From contig JAKMXF010000318.1 in the NCBI GenBank assembly GCA_024704765.1, positions 304,159 to 368,158 of the forward strand: 64,000 nt of DNA, read 5' to 3'. Numbering within the stretch: position 1 is the first letter of the stretch; the number at the start of each line of letters is the position of its first letter. Both the position numbers and the translations under genes were made by a program. The stretch is from Oopsacas minuta (lineage: Eukaryota; Animalia; Porifera). Shown here piece by piece: positions 47,201-57,191 of this stretch. The notes below the pieces were generated by a model. The model saw only the letters and a program-made list of their open reading frames with translations, was not told where the DNA came from and did no database searches.

Positions 47201-50062
47201 CATAGAGGAAGATGCCACGTAGTGCAAGTCCCAAATACCTTTGTACTCAGCAAAGTTATCTCCCAGTCTATAGCACAGAGCAGTGAGTAGTGTCTTCTTC
47301 AGAGCTTGTCCCGAAAGAAATAAGAATAATATGTAACTCCCATTAGAGAAGCAAGCACAGTGATAGAGCTGTCTCAGAGTTATACCAGAACTCGTGTGGA
47401 GTTGTTTCGTTGAGTCATAAGTTGGAGAATAGAATCGTTTAAGATACGGTGAGAGACCAGGACTTGTGTAGTAAGGAGAGTCAAAGAACCAGGAAGGAGG
47501 TTTAGGAATATCTTTAACGGACTGATCTCTGAGAAGGATAACACTGCTTACCATACGGACTATCAATACACATTCATCCGTTACCTATAACAGAAGGAAT
47601 AGAGCATATAATTATATAAAGAATATATCATATAGTCACTCACCTCTAATTCAAAAGTCTCAACTCTCGCTTCGAACTCTTCTGAAGATTTCTTGCCAGT
47701 TCTCCTAACTCCTGGGATCTGGTACACTCTGTAGAGACGAATACCGTCCCCAACCAAATGAGAAGTAGATTCTCTTGAATGAGAAGAACTAACAACAGGA
47801 TGGAAGACTGAGCAGACGGGTTTGAGTGTCTTCGTGTCTAAAACATGGCAAAGAAGTGAAGGCTCAGACGGTGTAGCAGAGTGAGTTAACAGAGGGTCAT
47901 CCAGATCGAAATTTTCAGGAGTTTCTGATTCAGTTTTAATAGCGACATTCCAGGTGTCATTGAGAGAAGCCTCACTTTCATCTTCCTGTAATTGAGCTTC
48001 AATTTTAGCTGCTAGGAATTGTATCTTGTCTCTCCCTTTCAACTGTTCTAAGTGGTCTTCGCCCATCGTCCTTACCAATTCTTCTTGTAATATGAGAATA
48101 TCCTCGTTTTTGTAAATATCCATTTCTGGATCATACTTCACTACAATCACTTCTTCCTCTTTTTCAGGTTGGCCCTCTTTCTTTTGTGATTTCTTTTCCG
48201 ATTGATCCTCTTTCTTCTCGGATTTGTCCTCTTTCTTTTGTAATGGATCTTCCTTCTTCTCAGGTCTGTCCTCTTTTTGTAATTGATCTTCCTTCTTCTC
48301 AGGTTTGTCCTCTTTTTGTAATGGATCTTCCTTCTTCTCAGGTTTGTCCTCTTTTTGTAATGGATCTTCCTTCTTCTCAGGTTTGTCCTCTTTTTGTAAT
48401 GGATCTTCCTTCTTCTCAGGTTTGTTCTCTTTCTTTTGTGATTGATCCTGCTGCTTTTCAGGTTTCTCCTCTATTTTTTCTGAATGAACTGCCTTACTCA
48501 CTGACTGAATCTCCTTCTTATCTGCTTGAACTGCCTTCATTTCTTGTTGTTCGTCTTCATTTTCAGCTCTGCCTACTTTCTTGACAGCTTGACTATCCGT
48601 CGTTTCAGCTTGGTCCACTTGTTTTCCAAGTTGATCCTTGTTCTTATCTAATTGATCTTCCTTCACTTTTTGTTGATCTAACTTCTTTTCAAATAGCTCC
48701 TCTTTTTTCTCAGGAACTTCCTTTGTTGGTTTATCCTTTGATTGAGATTCCGTATTTTCCTCTTCTTTAGAATCTTCAGATGTCTTCTTACGTACTTCTA
48801 ATTCAATATCTTGATCCTTTTCTTCAATGTTCATTGGCCTAAACAAGAGCTGCCCGCTTACAAAGGCTAACCAACCAGGTTCAAGGTCTGTGTGTGCGTA
48901 GATTTGTCCACGACAGGTCCCATGTAGGCCAGTGCCAATCTTGATTATGCGACCGTTTTGCTTGTTAACGTAGATATAGTGTCCGTCAGATGCACAGCTA
49001 GGATAGATTTCATTCGCCGGACAGTCTGCCTCATTCTACAAATAAGTAAAAGAGTGTTACAGGTAGATATATCAACCGAAAGCTGCTGAATAGTAACAAC
49101 CTGAAAGGGTAAACTCTCAGGAAGATTAGCGTCATCATAAGACCACGTCACCATATGAAAGGCATTGAAACTCTGCCATCCAACCTCGTAACTCTGTTTT
49201 AATTTCTTCAGTATGCCTCCAACCATAAGACTGGCAGGTGCGTGGTCTTCCAGCTGCCGTATGGTGTGAACTGCGCTTATTATGCTCTTCAGAGTCCCTC
49301 TGGCTTGTGCGAGTGCCACAATACAAGCTACTATCTGAAAAATACAAACAAAATCAGCTAAATTATAATTATTTAATAATATCAACATCTAACCTGTTCA
49401 ATGGGATGTTCAGGGAGAGGAGAAATTTGAGTGAGGTTAGATAACCAACAAGAGAGAAGGTTTTCCAGATTCGTTATGCTCTCTCTCTTCTCTGTGATTA
49501 GCTGCATAGGGTCAAAGTTCCTCAGTGTGTGAAATATAACGAGTGACGTAGAGAGGATCAATTTCACGTCTTTGAGGTCTGTATGTGAGAGTAGAGGTTT
49601 GCTAGTCAATACTATGAAGGCTAACTTCATTTGGAAAGAGATTTTTTCACATTTCTCAATTCCAGAGCACTGATGCTCAAAAGGATCGCCTTTTCTTCGC
49701 TCCTAATAATGATGCTATAAATAGCCGAAATGGTTGAAGAAGTATCTTACCTTTTGTCTGGCTTCTTCCAACTGAGCCTGCTGAACATACCAGTAGTAAG
49801 CAAGAGCTTTGAAACGATACTCTGTGAATTGGCAGTAAGCATTCTGCTCTGCTAGACATCTAGGACAGAGTCTAAGCTTCTGCATAAGCAGATTACTGGA
49901 GCAGGTGTCTACTAATAACAGATCATCTTCAGGGGCTGAAGTTTGTGACGTAGTTTCAGATTTCTCTGTTGGATCATTTACTCGGAATAATCCGTCTCCT
50001 AAAAGGATCAAATGCTCGTTCAGTGCAAGCCACTGTAAGTGTTCGTCCTTCAAAGTTGACAT
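35228..50062 (-). CDS. HECTD4: HECT E3 ubiquitin ligase HECTD4, 5 exons, about 4,870 aa
   Basis: Exons 50062-49751, 49702-49394, 49334-49101, 49035-47644 and 47584-35228 (introns 48, 59, 65 and 59 nt, all phase 0). N-terminal QWLALNEHLILLGDGLFRV..NAY..EYRFKAL; VALAQARGTLK; KIGTGLHGTCRG..LEPGWLAF; internal SPRY domain; C-terminal HECT with FIRAETCIFQIKLPQYSS (catalytic Cys). Confidence 0.9.
44003..44506 (-). repeat. Coding 24-bp tandem repeat x21 (consensus PPEDSQ[AV]K) in HECTD4
   Basis: 504 bp = 21 units such as TTTAACCTGTGAATCCTCTGGAGG on the + strand. Confidence 0.95.
48239..48433 (-). repeat. Coding 39-bp tandem repeat x5 (KEDKPEKKEDPLQ) in HECTD4
   Basis: Near-identical units TGTAATGGATCTTCCTTCTTCTCAGGTTTGTCCTCTTTT on the + strand, with degenerate flanking copies. 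Confidence 0.95.
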
Positions 50063-50386
50063 TCAATGTTTATAAGAGATACATGAACAAAACTAAGGAA
50101 TTTATACAATTATATATTAATTCAATAAGATAGAACTATAAAACAAGTCAAGAACTCGGTATACCAATTAAACAATATCCAGTTTCATATTGGGTAAACA
50201 TGCTATGCTAAATTTAGCATATAAGCCTCATCATAAATGAAAAGATTATTAGAACATTAACACTTTTGTAGTTCTAAATCAAATTGTATAATAAACTGCT
50301 TTTGAAATAATTCGACAAATAAATAGAAATAAATTAACTGCGATAACGGATACAAAATTTTAAGTTCTTAAACCTAAAATATATTG

Positions 50387-51313
50387 TTAATTAGGTTGAC
50401 ATTGCTTAAGTATATTAGGATAGGTTTCCATTCTAAGGTTTTTACTACCAATGTCCCACAACGCTGCTGGAAATCCGTCAAACTTCTTTATACCCCTGTC
50501 TGTTGTATTTATAGTCCCACTAGCTCCCATAATTCCCTTGGGGTCCATCGCGATAAGAGCTACCATGAAAGTGCTATTATTTCTATTAACCATATCTTTA
50601 ACAACTTCCTCACACGCTAGCTGAGGGCTTAATCCTTGATACCGCATCAACATTATAACATGGAAGCATGGACAGTATTGCATTATGATGTCACCATTTC
50701 CAGTAGCACAACATGCGCCATACTTATTGTCAGCATAAAATCCATTCCCTGAGAGAGGGCAGTCTCCTACTCTACCCACCTCTTTCCCTAGAATTCCGCT
50801 GGTAGAAACACCACATGCTAAGTCTCCCTGTTGATCTAGAACAATCATCGAGATGGTGTCATGACTAGGAGGAGCAATAGGTAGAGATGGCTCGGTAGGA
50901 AAGTTCACGATTTGATCAACTTTTGGGCCAGATTTAAGTAGATCTTCATGTGGCTCCATTAGAAAGCCCTGAGTTTGTGCGAACGCTGTGGCTCCTGCTC
51001 CTACGAGAAAACTGTGTTTGGACTTCTCTAAGACACTACAAGCTACACTCAGAGCGTTAGGACAATGCTCTAGAGCACCCACGGCTCCTATCTTACAGTC
51101 TGACCCTCTCATAACTGCCCCGTCATATTGAGGAAATCCTGATGCATTTGGGAAGTTTCCACGACCAACATACCTCGGTCCTAGACTCGCATCGTTTTCT
51201 ACGATTGTAATTCCAGCTTTCAGCGCTTCAATAGAACTCCCTCCTTTCTCTATCACGACAATAGCAGCGGATACTGCCTGATATCCGAATGGCCAAGTAG
51301 CTATACAAGCCAT
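50387..51313 (-). CDS. Glycosylasparaginase (AGA)-like Ntn hydrolase, asparaginase type 2 family
   Basis: IATWPF, YDGAVM, GAVGAL, FLVGAGATAFA, autoproteolytic HDTISM (Thr nucleophile), STSG...GRVGDCP, CATGNGD. Confidence 0.85.
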   Translation of the reverse strand: MACIATWPFGYQAVSAAIVVIEKGGSSIEALKAGITIVENDASLGPRYVGRGNFPNASGFPQYDGAVMRGSDCKIGAVGALEHCPNALSVACSVLEKSKHSFLVGAGATAFAQTQGFLMEPHEDLLKSGPKVDQIVNFPTEPSLPIAPPSHDTISMIVLDQQGDLACGVSTSGILGKEVGRVGDCPLSGNGFYADNKYGACCATGNGDIIMQYCPCFHVIMLMRYQGLSPQLACEEVVKDMVNRNNSTFMVALIAMDPKGIMGASGTINTTDRGIKKFDGFPAALWDIGSKNLRMETYPNILKQCQPN

Positions 51314-51495
51314 CTACTTATCAGATCTTAGATAATAAATATTAACCAAGAATTTAAATATTTGTAAGATATTAAATGCTGTGTAATTCTAATATGCAAG
51401 GCTCAATCCAGAATAAATGAATATACAAATTTACAGAGTCTGCGATACTAAAAACTAAATATAATCCATCTCATGCAAACTAGAGTCAATCAGAA

Positions 51496-54400
51496 CTAAC
51501 AAGTAAAGTTGTAGTACTGCTCCTGCAGATCCATGTCAGTGTTAGTTCGTTGGTTAATAATTTCTAACTTGCCGTGAGCAGAAAGAAGTTTTTCCAAAGG
51601 TATTTTCTTCTTCGCGAGTAGTAACTTCACTCCAGCATCTCCCCTCTTTCCTTTCCTCTTCAGCTCGGGCTCCAGCTCCTTCACTTCTTGAAGGAAGATA
51701 TAGTGTTCCTCCTTCTGTCTGAGTGTCACCATAGAACGTCGCATAAGTGCTTCAGTCTTTTGGAGATGTTCTAGCGCTTCTTCATTTCTCCCCTCCTCGG
51801 CTAGACTAGCAGCCATGTGTATAGCTCCCAGTGCTAATATAGCAATGTTAACGCTGCCATCCTCTGCTGGATTCTCTGAGGTTATCTCTTGGAACTTGGA
51901 TATTACACGCAGACACTTTGAACCATCCTTAAGTTGATAACTAATCTGTACTTGAAATGGAACTTGTTTGAGTTTGTTTGAAACTCCATCTTTCATTTTA
52001 TATTTGAAACTGATATCACTACTCCTAGTCGCATTACCGACAGCCTTTGTTAGCGCTATGGAGTGTGTGTCAGCCTCTCCCTCGAAACACAGATTTGGGT
52101 GTAGGAAGAATTTAACATCTACGTTAGATGCAATGGTCGGGTTTTGGCTGATAAGTCTCAGTTGTCGCATTAACTCCATCGGATGTAGGATGTTAACAGT
52201 TCCATTCGTTTTAGCAGCACATTGAGATAAATATTCCATCGCGCATTCTTGTCCTTCGATTCCAATTATGGAAATGGTACTCTCACTGATCAATGCTTCT
52301 CTTCCAATGTCAACATAGAATTGGACGTCCCCTGCCCCTCCCGTATTGAGAGATCCAACCCCAGAGTTTGGTTCCCCGTCTGTACAAATAATTACTTCAG
52401 CGCCTGGGAACTTCCTTGAGATTCCAACTGACGTAGCCAGACCAGGACCCAGAGCTGTGCCTCCACCCTCTGTAATGGATCCAATCACTTTCTTGAGAGA
52501 TTCAAAAGATGATTCAATCGGCAGGAATCCTGTTTTCATAGCCAGCTCAGTTCCCGCCTTTAGAAGAGATTGCATGTCTGAGTTGTTAGCTGATGAAGTT
52601 ATTGCATTAGAAGATCCATCGCCCAGAATCCTAACGGAACTACTGAACACGACTACACACACTCTTTGCTTGGGAGTTTCTATTAACATGCGCTCTAGCT
52701 GTCGGAGAATTGCTTGCTTGATACACTCCATACGAGAAATATTATCTTTAAAGTTTTCCCCTTCACGGAGTCGCTTCCACTCACTTTGCAACTTAGGCAG
52801 TTGCATAGTGACACCCATTGATCCAGACACGTCTATACAGTAGATAACCAGTTTGTTGCTGTGTGATATTTGTGGAGTTCCGTCATCAGTTGCAGTTGCC
52901 TGTCCAGGCACAAGAATGTAATCATCTAGCTCAGACAGATTCGTCGTGTTAACATTATTCTCTAGGGTATTATCAGTAGCACAAAACTCACAAGTCCATA
53001 TATGGTCAGATATAATAGACGTAGAACTGAGAGCAACCTGACATGAGCTGCAGTAGGAAGGAATCTGTATAACAATATTCTGATCGTCTAGACTCCCAAG
53101 TTTGATAGCTACAAGGTTAGAATCTGCTTTCTTCCTCCTGACTACTCCTTTTTTCTCCTTCTTAAGTTTGTCTTGCTCTTCTTTGTACAGTTGACCTACT
53201 GACTTGTCTACTGTAATGCTCTCTGATTCTACATTAGATACTACTGAGTATTTGGAATCAGTTCTAGTTAGAGTTATATTGAAAACGAATGCGTTAACCA
53301 AATTCGATTTCTCCTCCCCTGATTCCAGACCAGAAGCATTCTTACAGAAAAGAGTTTTGCCTACTTTATCAGCTCCCAGGACCAACACCCTACAAGGACC
53401 ATCTTTCTGTTGAGAGGCAAGATGGGAGTTAAGTATAGTTTCAATAGGTATATCATCATTTTCTTTGAATAAGAGAGATATCTCTTGATAGCTTGCACCT
53501 AATTCTTTAGCCAGATCTTGAGCAGGAGTTTGGTCAATCTTCTTTAACTGATCTTCACACTTATTGCCAACAATAAAATACTTTTTGTTTTGTATATTAT
53601 TTTTGATAGCTTCTAGTTTGGCTACCTCTTGTAATGAGACTAATGTAGTACCATCAGTGACGTCATACATAAGTATAATGTTTGGAGCTAAATCTATGAG
53701 CTGTAGTAGAGTGCTATGGTCTAGAGCAGATAGAACTTCCGATTTGACATCAAACAACTCGAGGGGGCAGCTGATTGGTTCTTGTGATACTGATTGCTGA
53801 GAAGATTTTCCCTTTCGCTTGAATATTGAAGAAATAGAAGAACTGAAGCTTCTCTCAGCGCCTTTGCCCTCATTAGCAGGGGTAGTAGTCTTATAAGAGG
53901 ACTTATCATCCCTGACACCTGAGGGCAGATTACACCCTATCTCACCCAATGGCATAGATACAATCTTGCGGTAAGAGTCCTCTATTGTGGGATCATAGTC
54001 CTGTACGAATATACCTTGAACATAACGGATTGAGAGAGAAGACTTACCGACCCCTCCTGATCCTAATATCGCTAACTTATATTCCTTTCCTTTGAAAGGA
54101 GTTACTCTTAACAATTCAAGAAAAGCTTGTTCTACATTTACACCAGTTTTTGCTGAAGTTTCCATGTAAGGAATTTTCAACTTGTCAGCTACTTGCTTAG
54201 CTTCTGAGAAAGTAACTACACGATTATTTTCAAGATCTGATTTATTTCCTACAAGAACAGCTGGCACTTGAGGTGCGGATTTTATCCGAGCAGTAAAGGA
54301 GTAGAGATTCTCTGCTTCCTGAAAAGAATTACTGTCAGTTATAGAAAACACGAAGAGGAAACAATTAGATACTCGCATGTACTGATCTCTCATAGCAGAA

Positions 54401-54624
54401 AATTCTTCTTGTCCTGCTGTGTCCAAGATATCTAGCATTATGGGTTCCTGATTACCTCCCTTCTTGAAACCAGAAGTCCGAAACTTTTCCTGATATTTCT
54501 CCTCTTCTTGCTTATGTTCTTGCTCTCTTCGCTCAGTGATTGTTAGCCTCGCTTCCTCCTCGAGTGCGTACTCGAACTCATCTTCTGCAGGTGCGTGTAG
54601 TTTATTACCAGCGAATAACATCAT
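51496..54624 (-). CDS. Circularly permuted Ras protein (cpRAS) with a second degenerate cpRAS, Sec23/24-type zinc finger and VWA domain
   Basis: Motif order DTAGQEEF (G3), GNKSD (G4), ETSAK (G5), GSGGVGKS (G1), YDPTIED (G2); second copy GNKCE, EISL, GADKVGKT; CSSC..CEFC; YCIDVSGSM; TDGEPN. The track start 54651 is TTG; ATG is at 54624. Confidence 0.92.
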   Translation of the reverse strand: MMLFAGNKLHAPAEDEFEYALEEEARLTITERREQEHKQEEEKYQEKFRTSGFKKGGNQEPIMLDILDTAGQEEFSAMRDQYMRVSNCFLFVFSITDSNSFQEAENLYSFTARIKSAPQVPAVLVGNKSDLENNRVVTFSEAKQVADKLKIPYMETSAKTGVNVEQAFLELLRVTPFKGKEYKLAILGSGGVGKSSLSIRYVQGIFVQDYDPTIEDSYRKIVSMPLGEIGCNLPSGVRDDKSSYKTTTPANEGKGAERSFSSSISSIFKRKGKSSQQSVSQEPISCPLELFDVKSEVLSALDHSTLLQLIDLAPNIILMYDVTDGTTLVSLQEVAKLEAIKNNIQNKKYFIVGNKCEDQLKKIDQTPAQDLAKELGASYQEISLLFKENDDIPIETILNSHLASQQKDGPCRVLVLGADKVGKTLFCKNASGLESGEEKSNLVNAFVFNITLTRTDSKYSVVSNVESESITVDKSVGQLYKEEQDKLKKEKKGVVRRKKADSNLVAIKLGSLDDQNIVIQIPSYCSSCQVALSSTSIISDHIWTCEFCATDNTLENNVNTTNLSELDDYILVPGQATATDDGTPQISHSNKLVIYCIDVSGSMGVTMQLPKLQSEWKRLREGENFKDNISRMECIKQAILRQLERMLIETPKQRVCVVVFSSSVRILGDGSSNAITSSANNSDMQSLLKAGTELAMKTGFLPIESSFESLKKVIGSITEGGGTALGPGLATSVGISRKFPGAEVIICTDGEPNSGVGSLNTGGAGDVQFYVDIGREALISESTISIIGIEGQECAMEYLSQCAAKTNGTVNILHPMELMRQLRLISQNPTIASNVDVKFFLHPNLCFEGEADTHSIALTKAVGNATRSSDISFKYKMKDGVSNKLKQVPFQVQISYQLKDGSKCLRVISKFQEITSENPAEDGSVNIAILALGAIHMAASLAEEGRNEEALEHLQKTEALMRRSMVTLRQKEEHYIFLQEVKELEPELKRKGKRGDAGVKLLLAKKKIPLEKLLSAHGKLEIINQRTNTDMDLQEQYYNFTC

Positions 54625-54710
54625 AAATCTAGAATAAAATAGAATATTCAAGTTTAACTAATGTATACTTATTTACAAAAAGCAAGGTTCTCATTATATA
54701 CAAAAGTATG

Positions 54711-55139
54711 CTAACGCTTCTTCATCTTATTCTGTATGTTATATTTATTCACAGCCAGAGTACTGCTAACAATGTGTTTCGCAAATTGCTTATTTATCCT
54801 GGGAATTGGTTTCTGAGACCATCCTACCGCGCCCATAGTAACAGCACGCTCTTTTGCATGCTTCGTCTCCAAAAGAATAAGTCTAATGGCTTCAGCTCTC
54901 TCTTGCTTTTCCACAGTAGCTTCTTGACTCAATATATTATAAGGGGTATCTGGGTTATCATGATATTGTGTGATCTTCTTATCTGTTTTAATACATTTTG
55001 ATTTTAAGTGATATTTCTCTCTTTTGGATAGTGAAGAGTTCGTATTATGTTTCTTTTGGGATATAATTTTTGGAATATTTGGAGTATATTTAGCTGTTCT
55101 CTTACAATCATCTTGTCTAGATTTTGCTCTAAACGACAT
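54711..55139 (-). CDS. Protein resembling the POLR1D isoform-2 product (not the AC19 polymerase subunit)
   Basis: EAIRLILLETKHAKERAVTMGAVGWSQKPIPRINKQFAKHIVSSTL resembles the recalled human KAIEELLKEAKRGKTRAETMGPMGW..NKRFLINTIKNTL. Confidence 0.7.
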   Translation of the reverse strand: MSFRAKSRQDDCKRTAKYTPNIPKIISQKKHNTNSSLSKREKYHLKSKCIKTDKKITQYHDNPDTPYNILSQEATVEKQERAEAIRLILLETKHAKERAVTMGAVGWSQKPIPRINKQFAKHIVSSTLAVNKYNIQNKMKKR

Positions 55140-55174
55140 ATAAAGCTAGCCTCAAAATATCAATATTATTAATA

Positions 55175-55507
55175 CAGTAAAACCTCCAAAAGGTGAACAC
55201 CCTGCGGACCAGCCAAAATATTCACTTTTGAGGTGTTCACTTTTCATGACCGGAACAATTCAACTGACGATAACCAGAGATTTCTAAAATTGTTATTTAT
55301 AGGACCTCCATGTTTACACAAATGTGTGAAAGCATTGTACAGGCAAATATGTTATCTCTTTTGCCCATTGTATGAGGAAGCCTCTAGTATATTGTGAACC
55401 ACATCATCAAACATCCCTGCTTTCACATGATAAAAAAGCTGACAGCCAAGTTAAAAATCTGGCAGATAAACCGATGTTCGCTTTTAAGAGGTCATGGAGG
55501 TTTACTG
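55175..55507. mobile_element. MITE-like remnant, Tc1/mariner-pogo type
   Basis: Left end TA|CAGTAAAACCTCCAAAAGGTGAACACC; right end GATGTTCGCTTTTAAGAGGTCATGGAGGTTTACTG|CA, i.e. imperfect terminal inverted repeats; internal subterminal inverted copy GGTGTTCACTTTT; no transposase ORF. Confidence 0.55.
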
Positions 55508-55618
55508 CAGTTAAACATAGAATTATCAAATATTGGTGAGAGTAAGAATACAAAACAAACATACGTGCATTTGATTAAACTTTACACAGTAATAAAATCC
55601 AGCGTAAACATTAAATAT

Positions 55619-57061
55619 TTAAGCTAGTTTCTTTTTACTTTTCATGAATAGCGTACCAAATAGCAGTTGGAATGCTCCGATTAGGACCCATACAACTGTT
55701 ATGTAATGTCCAATGTAATATACACTAGCCCATGCACGAAATATCTTTTCAGGGGTGAGGAGTAGAAAAGCAAACCCATTGTACTCATAGGCCCGCCAGG
55801 CACAAAGAAAATCAAGAACTAGCCATACTTTCTCTGTACCCTTAACTCTAAGAGGCTGGGTAAATCTTATGAAACAGTACTGTGCTGTAATGCAAAACAT
55901 AAACATGAAGAATGCTATGTAATATCCTAAATTCAATCCATGCCAGTAAGCAGATAGTGCGAATGTAACCAAACGACCAAATGTTCGGTTAGGAAAGCTT
56001 TTGTAAATATAATAGTAGAAGAAAGATTGAACAGTCATGTTCCAGTGCTGGAGGGGGCCGTCAATCGTTGTGCTTGTCTCAATCTCCCAAACTTCCAAAT
56101 TTTCAACTGTTTTGTAGTCTACAGTGTTATCTTCTGTTTTCGGGTTACAAGTTGGGCCAATTCCCGGTCTGCATTTAGCGGATTCAGGATAGGCGCCTAA
56201 ACCAGCTAAAATGCAGGAAGCAACAGAGATCGTCCATGCTATATAAAATCTCCATCGAAAAGCAACACAATAAGGAACAAAGTAAGCCAATCGAAATAGA
56301 GCACCCCATTCATGTGCATAATACTCTTCTGTACCGACAAAGTCGAACGGAAATAGTTTTGCAAGTATCAAATGGACTGATATATACAAGGGCAAGTAGA
56401 ATATGACTTTAATGAGTCCGTGTCTGTAAGGAATCCTGTAAAGATTTGGATTACATATCATATCATTATATGTCTTAGCTCTGAAGAAAGGACCAGTAAA
56501 GAGACCAAGGAAGCAATACGAGAAGCACGTATATTGGAAGAATCGAGATAACAGACTCCCTTGCTGGTGATCTAGGAAACGCGAATAGTTATTGGGGAAT
56601 AAATCAATTTTAGAGAGAGGACCGGATAAATATTCCCGTGTGTCAGCAGCCAGAGAGACTAAACGAAGTGTTAGCAATAATTGAACTGCATTAGCTAGTT
56701 TTGAGAATGGAGGCAGACCGAAAAGATAGGAACATCTAAAAAAAGTTAGGTAACCAAAAGACCAAATAAAAGTTGTAATTGTGAGGTAGGAAGAATTATG
56801 AAATATTTCGTGAATCAGGAATGCAATGACTATAGTAACTATAGAATGTAGGACTTGTGTGCCTGACATTAAATAAGTAATAACAAATCCTATCAAACCC
56901 ATATACAACTGCTTTAATCCTTTATGACTTATGAACCTGTTAATCCATCCCAGAGGGAGACACAGAAAGAGAAAGGATATGTAGAGGTAATCATCTTTGT
57001 AACCAAACGCATCACTCAAACTTTCACCAGAAAGGATAAAATTTGTCAAACTAGCTAGCAT
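55619..57061 (-). CDS. MBOAT7: Lysophospholipid acyltransferase 7 (LPIAT1)
   Basis: GLFTGPFF, RWRFYIAW..AGLGAYP..K.RPGIGPT, WNMTVQ, SAYWHG (catalytic His); multiple TM helices. Confidence 0.9.
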   Translation of the reverse strand: MLASLTNFILSGESLSDAFGYKDDYLYISFLFLCLPLGWINRFISHKGLKQLYMGLIGFVITYLMSGTQVLHSIVTIVIAFLIHEIFHNSSYLTITTFIWSFGYLTFFRCSYLFGLPPFSKLANAVQLLLTLRLVSLAADTREYLSGPLSKIDLFPNNYSRFLDHQQGSLLSRFFQYTCFSYCFLGLFTGPFFRAKTYNDMICNPNLYRIPYRHGLIKVIFYLPLYISVHLILAKLFPFDFVGTEEYYAHEWGALFRLAYFVPYCVAFRWRFYIAWTISVASCILAGLGAYPESAKCRPGIGPTCNPKTEDNTVDYKTVENLEVWEIETSTTIDGPLQHWNMTVQSFFYYYIYKSFPNRTFGRLVTFALSAYWHGLNLGYYIAFFMFMFCITAQYCFIRFTQPLRVKGTEKVWLVLDFLCAWRAYEYNGFAFLLLTPEKIFRAWASVYYIGHYITVVWVLIGAFQLLFGTLFMKSKKKLA

Positions 57062-57191
57062 AACTATAAATTGTTGTTAAGAACTTTCTATGTAAAAGAC
57101 ACAGAATTGTGTATCTAAGAATAAATTTTCAAAAATCGTAAAACTTACAAAACTATAAAAGATAGAATACAAATTAGAAATATTCGTAAAA

